NCBI GenBank assembly: GCA_016874715.1
Contig: VGTK01000004.1
Span: forward strand, 3,587 to 67,586
Reading direction: 5' to 3'
Source of the DNA: Deltaproteobacteria bacterium
GTDB lineage: Bacteria; Desulfobacterota; Binatia; UBA12015
DNA: 64,000 nt
Under the pieces are notes generated by a model. The model did no database searches. It was not told where the DNA came from and worked only from the letters and a program-made list of their open reading frames with translations. Both the position numbers and the translations under genes were made by a program. Below, piece after piece: positions 28,340-36,256 of this stretch; the stretch's first letter is position 1, and each line of letters starts with the position of its first letter.

Positions 28340-28999
28340 ATGTCATTGCGCATCAACGACACCGCGCCGAACTTCCGGGCGAAGACCACCAGGGGCGAGA
28401 TCGATTTTCATGCGTGGATCGGCGACAGCTGGGCGCTGCTCTTTTCCCACCCCAAGGACTTCACGCCGGTGTGTACCACCGAGCTCGGCTACCTCGCACG
28501 CATCGAGCCCGAGTTCACCAGGCGGAACACGAAGCTGATCGGCCTCTCGATCGACCCGGTCGAGGACCACGACAGGTGGGCGAAGGACGTCGAGGAGACA
28601 CAAGGGGCGGCGATCCAGTACCCGCTGATCGGCGACACCGACCTCGCCGTCGCGAAGCTCTACAACATGCTCCCGGCCGACGAGGCCGGCACCTCGGCGG
28701 GCCGCACGGCGGCGACCAACGCCACGGTGCGCTCGGTCTTCATCATCGGGCCCGACAAGAAGATCAAGCTGATGCTGACCTACCCGATGACGACCGGTCG
28801 CAACTTCGACGAGATCCTGCGCGTCCTCGACTCGATGCAGCTCACCGCCCGGCACAAGGTCGCGACGCCGGTGAACTGGAAGCAGGGTGAGGACGTCATC
28901 ATCGCGGGCTCGGTCAGCGACGACGAGGCGAAGACGATCTACCCCGCCGGCTGGAAGTCGCCGAAGCCCTATCTCCGCATCGTCAAGCAGCCGCAGTGA
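28340..28999 (+). CDS. 1-Cys peroxiredoxin (Prx6 type)
   Basis: C-terminus of track ORF 26057..28999, from ATG 28340 (MSLRINDTAPNFRAKTTRGEIDFHAWIGDSWALLFSHPKDFTPVCTTELG). Confidence 0.9.
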   Translation: MSLRINDTAPNFRAKTTRGEIDFHAWIGDSWALLFSHPKDFTPVCTTELGYLARIEPEFTRRNTKLIGLSIDPVEDHDRWAKDVEETQGAAIQYPLIGDTDLAVAKLYNMLPADEAGTSAGRTAATNATVRSVFIIGPDKKIKLMLTYPMTTGRNFDEILRVLDSMQLTARHKVATPVNWKQGEDVIIAGSVSDDEAKTIYPAGWKSPKPYLRIVKQPQ

Positions 29000-29023
29000 G
29001 GCTGCGCGCCGCGGAGGTGCGCG

Positions 29024-30421
29024 CTACCAGCGGCGGATTCGTCGATGGAGGTTCCGCGCCCCGAGGTAGAGGCTCCGCGAAGCGTGCCGCGCGAGCACGC
29101 CGTGCAGAGCGCCGGTGATCCGCTCGACCATCTGCGCCCTGGCCAGATCGGGTCCGATTCGCTCGTCGTAGGCGCGGCGGTAGCGGAGGACCTCCTCTCG
29201 CGTCTGCGCCCGGCCGTTGTCCGCGACCTTCCCGACGGTGTTGCTGAAGTCGGGGCGATACAGCGACTCGACACCGTGCAGCGTCGTGCGCATGAAGTTG
29301 CCCATCAGCAGCTCGTCGAAGGTCTCGTGTCGAACGCTCGCGAGCAGGCTCGCTCGCGGAACCTCGAAGCTGATGCCCCGATCGCGAGGCCCCCTGAGGT
29401 CGACGCTACGCTCCACTCCGCCGGCCCGCACGCGGATGAACCCGAAGTGGTCGTGGAGCATCTCCTTGCGCTGGAAGTACTCGGCCACCTCCAGCCATTC
29501 GCCTGACTCGAGCGGATCGCTCCAGCTGTCGCCGAACGCTTCGGGAGGCCGGATCGTCGGCTCCGTCCTGGCGATCCCCAGGCTCGTGTTCTCGCCGCTG
29601 GTGCAGTCGAGGAAGCCGTAGGGCGGGACGAGCTCCGCGAACCGGGAGTCGAAGCCGCGACTCGCGATCGCCACGTCGGCGACGTAGTCGTTCGCCCACG
29701 CGGAATCGCTGCGCTGGTAGCAGTGGTAGAAGCTGAACGGCATGGCGTGGGTCACGCCGAAGCGACGCGCCGTGGCGCTGAGATCGCGACCTGCAAGCCG
29801 ATCGGGATCGACGTGGACGGGCAGCGCTCGGCGGCCTTCCTCGTCGAAGAAATTGATCATGTCGCCCACGCCGAGTCCGGCTGCCTTGACGAGGTAGCTG
29901 GCGGGATACGGCTCGATCAGGCGCCGCAGCAGCGGACGAAGCCCGCGCGCAAAGCCGTCGTTGACGTTGACGATCAGCCTTCCGCCGATGTCGATCAGCA
30001 GCACGGCGTCCTGTGCCGCGTCGCCCAGGCAGAGGATCTTGACGAGCTTCGACAGCGGCACCCACTCGCCGTGCGGCAGGACGCGAACGTCGTAGCCGAG
30101 CTCGCGCAGGTCCCGCGCGATGCGCCCGCCGACGTGGTCCGGCAGCAGGATCTTGCGGGCCCGGAAGTGCGGCAGCGACGCTGCGTTCAGGTGATCCGAG
30201 TGCCCGTGCGAGAACCACACCCAGGGTGCCGCGAGGATCTCGCGCTGCTCGGACTCGGGGATCGGATAGAGAAGTCCCCAGCTCCCCAGGCACGCGCCTT
30301 CCGGCTCGCCGAGCCAGGGGTCGGTCGCGAGCAGGGGGGCCTCGTCGTAGACCAGGATCGTGGCGTTGCCGAGAGTCTTGATGCCGAGCAAGAGGTGGTC
30401 CCCGCGTTCGTTCCACTGCAC
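29024..30421 (-). CDS. MBL-fold metallo-hydrolase domain protein with a long uncharacterised C-terminal extension
   Basis: Track ORF 29024..30847, start provisionally GTG 30421. HxHxDH motif in WVWFSHGHSDHLN. About 260 further residues with no recognised family. Confidence 0.5.
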   Translation of the reverse strand: MQWNERGDHLLLGIKTLGNATILVYDEAPLLATDPWLGEPEGACLGSWGLLYPIPESEQREILAAPWVWFSHGHSDHLNAASLPHFRARKILLPDHVGGRIARDLRELGYDVRVLPHGEWVPLSKLVKILCLGDAAQDAVLLIDIGGRLIVNVNDGFARGLRPLLRRLIEPYPASYLVKAAGLGVGDMINFFDEEGRRALPVHVDPDRLAGRDLSATARRFGVTHAMPFSFYHCYQRSDSAWANDYVADVAIASRGFDSRFAELVPPYGFLDCTSGENTSLGIARTEPTIRPPEAFGDSWSDPLESGEWLEVAEYFQRKEMLHDHFGFIRVRAGGVERSVDLRGPRDRGISFEVPRASLLASVRHETFDELLMGNFMRTTLHGVESLYRPDFSNTVGKVADNGRAQTREEVLRYRRAYDERIGPDLARAQMVERITGALHGVLARHASRSLYLGARNLHRRIRRW

Positions 30422-30684
30422 TCGAGAAGACGGCGAACTCCAGCTGCGCACGGTTGCGATGGTGGCCGAGCAGGCCCGCCCGCGTGCGCTCGACGCAGAG
30501 CAGGGCGGCGCCCGCCTCGTCGCGATCTTTGCGTCGTCGCGGGACTGTCCCGCACTCTGGGCAAGATTGCGCGCGAAGCTGGTGATGCGCATCGCGCCGG
30601 CGCTGCGGACGGGTCTCGCTCGCGTCCGCTTCGCCCGACCGAAACCCCCGGAACGTAACGTCTTGCAAGTTCGGAGGAACAGAT

Positions 30685-30713
30685 TGCGAAAGGGGGGAAC
30701 TTGAACCCCTCGG
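30685..30713 (-). repeat. Degenerate direct copy of the 3' end of tRNA-Leu (candidate distal att remnant)
   Basis: tgcgaaaggggggaacttgaacccctcgg compared with the tRNA segment tgccggaggcgggacttgaacccgcactcgg (32937-32967), same orientation. Exact 10-mer acttgaaccc. About 24 matched positions with two small gaps. Confidence 0.45.
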
Positions 30714-31078
30714 AAAGCTCGGAGGGACGGCGCCTCGCGGCGCGCGGAGGCGAGTTGCTGCGCGAGCGAGCGAACCATCCGGTCTGCGTCAATCGAAAGG
30801 CGCGAAAGGCCTCCGCCATCCCGCGGCACCGCGAGATCGACGAGCATCTGGCCCGGAAGATCTGTCGAGTGGCGGCCCCGGTGATCATCACCGTCTTGCC
30901 TTCGATGTCTGCCCTGCGGGGAGCATGTCGCATGGATTGCGCGCCGGCCTCACGCAGACGACGATCGTGTCGTGCCTGCGCCCCGCCGTCGTCCGACGGC
31001 ACAGGTCGGCCTCCGTGCCGGGTCGTGACCTGGCGTCCGGTGCGGTTGCGCCGGCGGAGTGCCGAGGAGGAGTCGTCG

Positions 31079-31822
31079 ATGGTGGTGTCCGACGGGGTGG
31101 AACTCCACGTGCGGGTGGACGGAGCGGGGCCCGACCTCGTGCTGGTGAACGGGGCCTTCTGCTCGCTACGGCAGTGGGACGGCGTGATCGACGCGTTGGC
31201 CTCTCGGCACCGGGTGATCCGCCTCGACGTGCGGGGCACCGGGAGGAGTGGCGCGGGGCCGGCCGACGGCTACACGTTCGAGCGCTACGCCGACGACATC
31301 GCGGAGATCGCCGCCACCGTCGGAGCCGATTCGTTCGCCACCGTCGGAGCCGATTCGTTCTCCCTGTGGGGCCTCGCGTGGGGGGCGCGGGTCGCGCTGG
31401 TGGCCGCGGCCCGTCACGCGGCGCGGGTCGACCGGCTGGTGCTGAGCGACTTCGCCGTCGATCCGGCCGACCTCGACGCCCAGCTCCGCGGCATGCAGAC
31501 GGCGAAGGAGGCCCGTGCCGCCCAAGGGATCGAGGAGGTTGCGCCGCCCGCCGGGTAAAACGAGCACGACGATCCCGACGAAGCGATGCGCGCCCTCGGT
31601 GCGACGCGGCTCCATCCCGATCTGACCCCGTTCGTGGCGGCGGTGACGGCACCCACGCTCATCGCGACTGGCGACCACGACCCCAACCTGGCGTCGAGCC
31701 GCCGGGCCCTCGCCGGGTTCGCCGACGCCCGTCTCGAGGTGCTGCCCCACACCGGGCACGGGTCGGTGCTCCAGCGCCCTGCGCTCGTGGCCGGGTTGGT
31801 GATCGACTTCCTGGACACCTGA
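31079..31822 (+). pseudogene. Alpha/beta hydrolase fold gene interrupted by an in-frame TAA
   Basis: ATG 31079 is preceded by GAGGAGG. Track ORFs 30701..31558 and 31586..31822 are in the same frame, separated by TAA at 31556-31558. The N-terminal part carries GTGRS and the nucleophile elbow. The C-terminal part carries PTLIATGDHDP and LPHTGHG. Confidence 0.75.
31313..31360 (+). repeat. Perfect 24-bp tandem duplication inside the hydrolase pseudogene
   Basis: gccaccgtcggagccgattcgttc x 2, encoding ATVGADSF twice immediately before the nucleophile elbow. Confidence 0.95.
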
Positions 31823-32087
31823 ACCCGTCCGCGTGACTCTGCCGACACGGCCACGGTTCAGGACCGTTTGCGTGGTGTGGCGTCGCGTTGCAGAGGCTGG
31901 CCCCCGGGGGGCGAGGTTCGGGGGGCATCGCGGCCTTTCGGAGGCATCGATCGCCGCGCTCGCCGAGGACCCCTGTGCCTGGGGTTGGACCCCGGGGGGC
32001 CACGCGGGCCCTTGGAGCACGTGTCCGTGTCCGTACGTGCCTCGGACGGAGATCGAGGTCGAGTCGCTCTGGCGGGAACGTCTCCAT

Positions 32088-32107
32088 CTATGGTATGCAG
32101 ACCATAG
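32088..32107. promoter_or_regulatory. Perfect inverted repeat abutting the toxin-antitoxin operon start (candidate operator)
   Basis: CTATGGT-ATGCAG-ACCATAG ends 1 nt before the GTG at 32108. Confidence 0.4.
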
Positions 32108-32407
32108 GTGAGAGCCCGGCTCCTCTTCGGAGAGAAGCGCCTCGTCCCGGCGTCTTCGACCACTCCGGTGGGCATCGCCGAGATCAAGGTTTGGGAGGTG
32201 CCGCGTTCCGCGCATTACCCGGAGGGTCGCAAGTTCTCGCTGTTCTTCACGGTCGACGGAGACGTGCGCGTCGGGATCGACAATCACAAGCCCAAAGGCC
32301 CGCACCTCCACCACGGCGGTGAAGAGCGGTCGCTGGGTGCATTGGATGAAGACGAGTTGCTCGCCACGTTCTGGAAACTCGTACGTCAGGAAGGATTCGA
32401 ACCATGA
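32108..32407 (+). CDS. TumE-like (DUF6516 family) putative toxin
   Basis: Track ORF 32108..32407 (GTG start). IKVWEVPRSAHYPEGRKFSLFFTVDGDVRVGIDNHKPKGPHLHHGGEE matches my recollection of the DUF6516/TumE pattern (W.vP.s...P.G.kysl....g.r..g.DN....g.H.H). ATGA overlap with the next gene. Confidence 0.55.
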   Translation: MRARLLFGEKRLVPASSTTPVGIAEIKVWEVPRSAHYPEGRKFSLFFTVDGDVRVGIDNHKPKGPHLHHGGEERSLGALDEDELLATFWKLVRQEGFEP

Positions 32408-32772
32408 GGGCGAAGCGTGTGCGCATCGCGGTCGAGCCGCTCGGAGAGACCACTTCGCGCTGGAAGGCGGCTCTCAAGGGAAAGACGAAATCGAGTGGCA
32501 ACGTCATCACCGTCGCGAGCTGGGACGTACTCGCGAAGATCCTCTCGCCGACGCGTCTGGAGATGCTGGCCCGCATTCCGGAGATCGAGCCGAAGTCGAT
32601 CGCCGCGCTCGCGAGAAGCCTCGGGCGCGACTTCAAGAACGTTCATTCCGACGCGATGTTCCTCGCGGAGGTGGGTCTCGTGGAGCTGAGGAAGGGCGGT
32701 CCGAGAAAGACGTCGATTCCGGTCGTGCGATGCACGGGAATCGAGGTCGACTTCAGGCGTGGTGCGGCCTGA
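32404..32772 (+). CDS. Putative HTH DNA-binding antitoxin partner of the DUF6516 protein
   Basis: Track ORF 32404..32772. HTH-like segment RLEMLARIPEIEPKSIAALARSLGRDFKNVHSDAMFLAEVGLVEL. Size and position are typical of the partner gene. Confidence 0.55.
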   Translation: MRAKRVRIAVEPLGETTSRWKAALKGKTKSSGNVITVASWDVLAKILSPTRLEMLARIPEIEPKSIAALARSLGRDFKNVHSDAMFLAEVGLVELRKGGPRKTSIPVVRCTGIEVDFRRGAA

Positions 32773-32936
32773 CCGGACCCGCCGGCAGGCGCCCGAGCGC
32801 CCTCTTGCCGGCGACGATATGGCCGTGTCCCCGCGTGTCGTCGTGGCTCGACGCGCTTCCGGTTCGCGCGTCCGTGCTGGCCCCCGGAGCACCTCGCAGG
32901 ATCGCCGAAACCCGCGTCCGACGCGGATCTCGCGAA

Positions 32937-33019
32937 TGCCGGAGGCGGGACTTGAACCCGCACTCGGTTGCCCGAACCGGATTTTGAGTCCGGCGCGTCT
33001 GCCATTTCGCCACTCCGGC
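32937..33019 (-). tRNA. tRNA-Leu (anticodon CAA), 83 nt, long variable arm, CCA not encoded
   Basis: Minus-strand sequence GCCGGAGTGGCGAAATGGCAGACGCGCCGGACTCAAAATCCGGTTCGGGCAACCGAGTGCGGGTTCAAGTCCCGCCTCCGGCA. Acceptor stem GCCGGAG/CTCCGGC; anticodon stem CCGGA/TCCGG with loop CTCAAAA; T stem GCGGG/CCCGC with loop TTCAAGT. Confidence 0.95.
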
Positions 33020-33564
33020 AAGAGAGTGCAGTGAGTTACCGGTGCCTGACCGCAGTGTCCACGCGCGCGGCGCGAGCGGCCGGGCGAGCCGGGTGCCGCG
33101 CGGCAGCGGCGCGTACCGGAGAGAAGGGGGAGGGGGCGCGGTCGGGCCATCCCTGGCTCCGACCGCTGGGGAGGGGGAGGCATTCCAGCCGGCAGCCCCG
33201 CGCGCTTCGCGGATGCTGCGGCTGGAAGCCGTGCGTCCGTGCACGCGAAGGACGGTCCTCCGTGACCTGCCCGAACGTGCAGCAAGTTGGACGCCGCCCC
33301 CGGCGAAACCCTGGCCATCCCCCGAAGTCTCGGGATCTGCGAAGAAATCCGCGCCACCGGCGGGGCCAGCACGAGCCGTGGGGTGCTCGATCCCTTGCGT
33401 CCACGCAACGAGCGGGCCGCGTTCGCGCAGGTCTGCAACGCACCGTCCGTTTCCCCCGCGATCGGGCGCACGCTCGGCGATTGATCTGCCGCCGCCGCCG
33501 CGTCAATCTCGCTCGCCGAACGGGGAGGGCGCGCATCGATCGCCGCGCGCCGCGAGGAGGACGC

Positions 33565-33906
33565 ATGTATCTCATCCTGCACTGGATCCTGAGCGCGCTG
33601 AGCCTGATGATCGTTGCGCACGTCGTCCCGGGCTTCGCAGTGAAGAGCTTCGGCTCGGCGTTGCTGGCGTCCGTCGTCATCGGCCTGGTGAACGCGACCG
33701 TCGGCATCGTTCTGAAGATCCTGACCTTTCCGCTCACCCTTCTGACGTTCGGGCTCTTCCTGCTGGTGATCAACGCCCTGATGCTGCAGCTCTCCTCGGC
33801 CATGCTCGACGGCTTCAAGGTCAGCGGGTTCTGGCCCGCGTTCTTCGGCGCCATCGTGCTCGCGATCGTGAACTCGCTGCTGCGCTCGGTGGTGATGGGC
33901 GACTGA
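33565..33906 (+). CDS. DUF360 / phage holin 4_2 family small membrane protein
   Basis: C-terminus of track ORF 32968..33906, from ATG 33565 (MYLILHWILSALSLMIVAHVVPGFAVKSFGSALLASVVIGLVNATVGIVLKILTFPLTLLTFGLFLLVINALML). Confidence 0.75.
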   Translation: MYLILHWILSALSLMIVAHVVPGFAVKSFGSALLASVVIGLVNATVGIVLKILTFPLTLLTFGLFLLVINALMLQLSSAMLDGFKVSGFWPAFFGAIVLAIVNSLLRSVVMGD

Positions 33907-34205
33907 CGTCCCACCGGCTTCGCCGGCCACCAGGGCACGGAGACGCGCCGGGCGTGTTTCTCCGGGGCCCCGCCAGCTTCGCCGACACGAGGGAGAAACC
34001 CGGTCCGGTGTTCCACCCGACCGAGTCGTCCGGCCGGCGGGGCGGCCGTCCGGGCGCCCCGCAGCGCAGGCCGCAAGTCCTCGGACCACGACTCCGGCCC
34101 GCGGCCGCCTGCGTGAAGTTTCGGCATTGCCCAGGAACGTCCGGTTCGCCATCATACACCCCTTCCGAGCGGCCCTCCTTCCCGCACCCACGAGGAGACC
34201 CACGA

Positions 34206-35591
34206 ATGTCCGATGATCCGAACCTGGCCCGCCGGCGCACCCGGCAGCGCTCCCGCACGGTCGCGTCGGCGCTGCGAGCGCTGACCGGTGCGGCAGCCGT
34301 CGTCGCCGCGACCGCCGGCCTCGCCGGCGCCGATGCGCGCTGCGGCATCGAGCTGCAGAACAACGTCTGCCTGGAGGCGACGGGAAGCTGCCCGGCGTAC
34401 GCCTCGCCCGGCCTCGACGCGAGCCCGTGGCCGGTCTTCCAGCAGAACCTCCAGCATACGGGGGTGAGCCCGCACGCCGGCCCGACCTGCAAGAACGAGA
34501 TCTGGACCTCGAAGATCAAGGGCAAGATCCTGAGCCAGCCCGCGATCGGTGCGGATGGCACGCTGTACTTCGCGTCCGCGAAGTATCCGATCTGTGCGAT
34601 CAACCCGGCGAACGGCCAGATCTACTGGTGCAACACCAGCGACATCGGCAAGCTGCCCGACCACTCGGCACCTGCGGTCGGTAACGCAGGCTTCGTGTAC
34701 GTCGGCACGCGCGACAACGACCTGTGGGCGATCGAAATCCCGGCGACCTCGTCGCCCATCGCGCCGGTCGCGTGGCGGCAGAAGGTCTGCACCGACGGCG
34801 ACATCACCACCTCGCCGTCGATCGGTCCGGACGGCGCCGTCTACTTTGGCTCCGACTCGCTCGGTGGCGGGACGGTCATGGCGATGTGCCCGGGTCCGAC
34901 GCGTCGGATCAAGTGGTGCATCAACCCGCTCAGCGGCGGTATCAAGAACGTCTCGCCGGCGATCAACACCGACAACAGCATCGTGTACATCACGCACGGC
35001 GGCGCGTTCATGGCCGCACTCGACGTCCAGACCGGCCACAAGCACTGGGAGGTCATGCTCGAGAGCCGTCGCAACTCGCTGCGCGGTGCGAACTACACGC
35101 CGGTCATCGACTCGACGACGGGCAAGGTCTACGCGGGGTTCGACGAGGGCCTGCACGTCGTCACGCCGCCGGCCTCGCTGCCAGGCTCGCCGAACGCGAG
35201 CATGCTGTTCGCGACCTACGCCCCGTTCCGCGAGCGCATCCAGTCGCCACCCGCGCTCGACACGGCGAACGGCACGATCTTCTTCCTCGCCTCGCGCGGC
35301 CAGAAGTCGTCCCTCTACGCGATCGGCTTCAACGGCGCGCTGAAGTGGAAGAAGGACTACACGCAGCTCGGCCGCGGCCGCGCGCGCAACACGCCCCCGG
35401 TGGTCGACGCGAACGGCAACGTCTACGTGGTCCTCAAGCGCGCGTTGCACGCCTTCGACAAGAACGGCAACCTGCTGTTCACGCTCGAGAGCCAGAAGCA
35501 GTTCGCATCGGCGCCGATCCTCGCCCCGGGCCGTCTCTACGTCGGCGCGGTCGACGGCTCGATCACCGCGCTCGGCAACTGCCCACCCTGA
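34206..35591 (+). CDS. Secreted PQQ-like beta-propeller repeat protein (BamB-like fold), Cys-rich
   Basis: C-terminus of track ORF 33042..35591, from ATG 34206. Arg-rich n-region RRRTRQRSR. Recurring propeller blades of the type GADGTLYFAS, NAGFVYVGTRDNDLWAI, PDGAVYFGS, NGTIFFLASRGQKSSLYAI and ANGNVYVV. Confidence 0.65.
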   Translation: MSDDPNLARRRTRQRSRTVASALRALTGAAAVVAATAGLAGADARCGIELQNNVCLEATGSCPAYASPGLDASPWPVFQQNLQHTGVSPHAGPTCKNEIWTSKIKGKILSQPAIGADGTLYFASAKYPICAINPANGQIYWCNTSDIGKLPDHSAPAVGNAGFVYVGTRDNDLWAIEIPATSSPIAPVAWRQKVCTDGDITTSPSIGPDGAVYFGSDSLGGGTVMAMCPGPTRRIKWCINPLSGGIKNVSPAINTDNSIVYITHGGAFMAALDVQTGHKHWEVMLESRRNSLRGANYTPVIDSTTGKVYAGFDEGLHVVTPPASLPGSPNASMLFATYAPFRERIQSPPALDTANGTIFFLASRGQKSSLYAIGFNGALKWKKDYTQLGRGRARNTPPVVDANGNVYVVLKRALHAFDKNGNLLFTLESQKQFASAPILAPGRLYVGAVDGSITALGNCPP

Positions 35592-35610
35592 GATCGCGAA
35601 AGGAATCCGA

Positions 35611-36225
35611 TTGAAGCTCCTGACCTCGATGGGCCCGAATCCGCGTACGGTGCGGATGTTCATGGTCGAAAAGGGCGTGTCGCTCGACTGCGTCGAGATC
35701 GACCTCATGGGTGGCGAGAACCGCCGCCCACCCTACACCGAGCGCAATCCCGCCGGACAGCTGCCGGCGCTCGAGCTCGACGACGGCCGCGTCCTCGCCG
35801 AGACCGTCGCCATCTGCGAGTACCTAGAGGAGCTGAACCCGAAGCCGGCGCTCATCGGCACGACCCCGGAGGAGCGTGCCGAGACGCGCATGTGGCTCCG
35901 CCGCGTCGAGCTCGGCATCACCGAGCACCTCTACAACGCGTTCCGGTACAGCGTCGGCATCGAGTTGTTCCGGCCACGCATGCGCGTCCTGCCGGAGGCC
36001 GTCGAGGGGCTGAAGGGCATCGTCTCCGACAAGCTGGTCTGGCTCGACGGGCTCCTCCCCGGCCGGACCTGGATCGTCGGTGAGCGCTTCACGCTGGCCG
36101 ACATCGTGCTTTTCGCAGCGCTCGACTTCGGCCGCACCGTGGGGCTGCCGTTCGACGAGAAGCTGGCCAACGTGTCCGGCTGGTTTGCGCGCGTCGGCGC
36201 GCGTCCGAGCGCGCAGGCAGGGTGA
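35611..36225 (+). CDS. Glutathione S-transferase
   Basis: Track ORF 35611..36225 (TTG start). Thioredoxin-like N domain with NPAGQLPALELDDGRVLAETVAICEYL and an alpha-helical C domain with TLADIVLFAAL. Confidence 0.85.
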   Translation: MKLLTSMGPNPRTVRMFMVEKGVSLDCVEIDLMGGENRRPPYTERNPAGQLPALELDDGRVLAETVAICEYLEELNPKPALIGTTPEERAETRMWLRRVELGITEHLYNAFRYSVGIELFRPRMRVLPEAVEGLKGIVSDKLVWLDGLLPGRTWIVGERFTLADIVLFAALDFGRTVGLPFDEKLANVSGWFARVGARPSAQAG

Positions 36226-36256
36226 TCGTCCGTTCGGGTAGGCGGGCGCGTGCCGC

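Noticed and set aside
30850-30905. Minus-strand peptide GKTVMITGAA resembling the start of a short-chain dehydrogenase (possible gene fragment in the 650-nt gap)
   Set aside because: The similarity stops after about 10 residues. No GxxxGxG continuation or further SDR motifs appear in any frame, so it is too short to call.
31556-31558. In-frame TAA in the hydrolase as programmed readthrough or recoding
   Set aside because: TAA is not a selenocysteine or pyrrolysine codon. The gene also carries a duplication and a missing nucleophile, so pseudogenisation is the simpler explanation.
32753-33244. 163-aa minus-strand ORF
   Set aside because: It reads straight through the tRNA-Leu gene and has shadow-frame composition.
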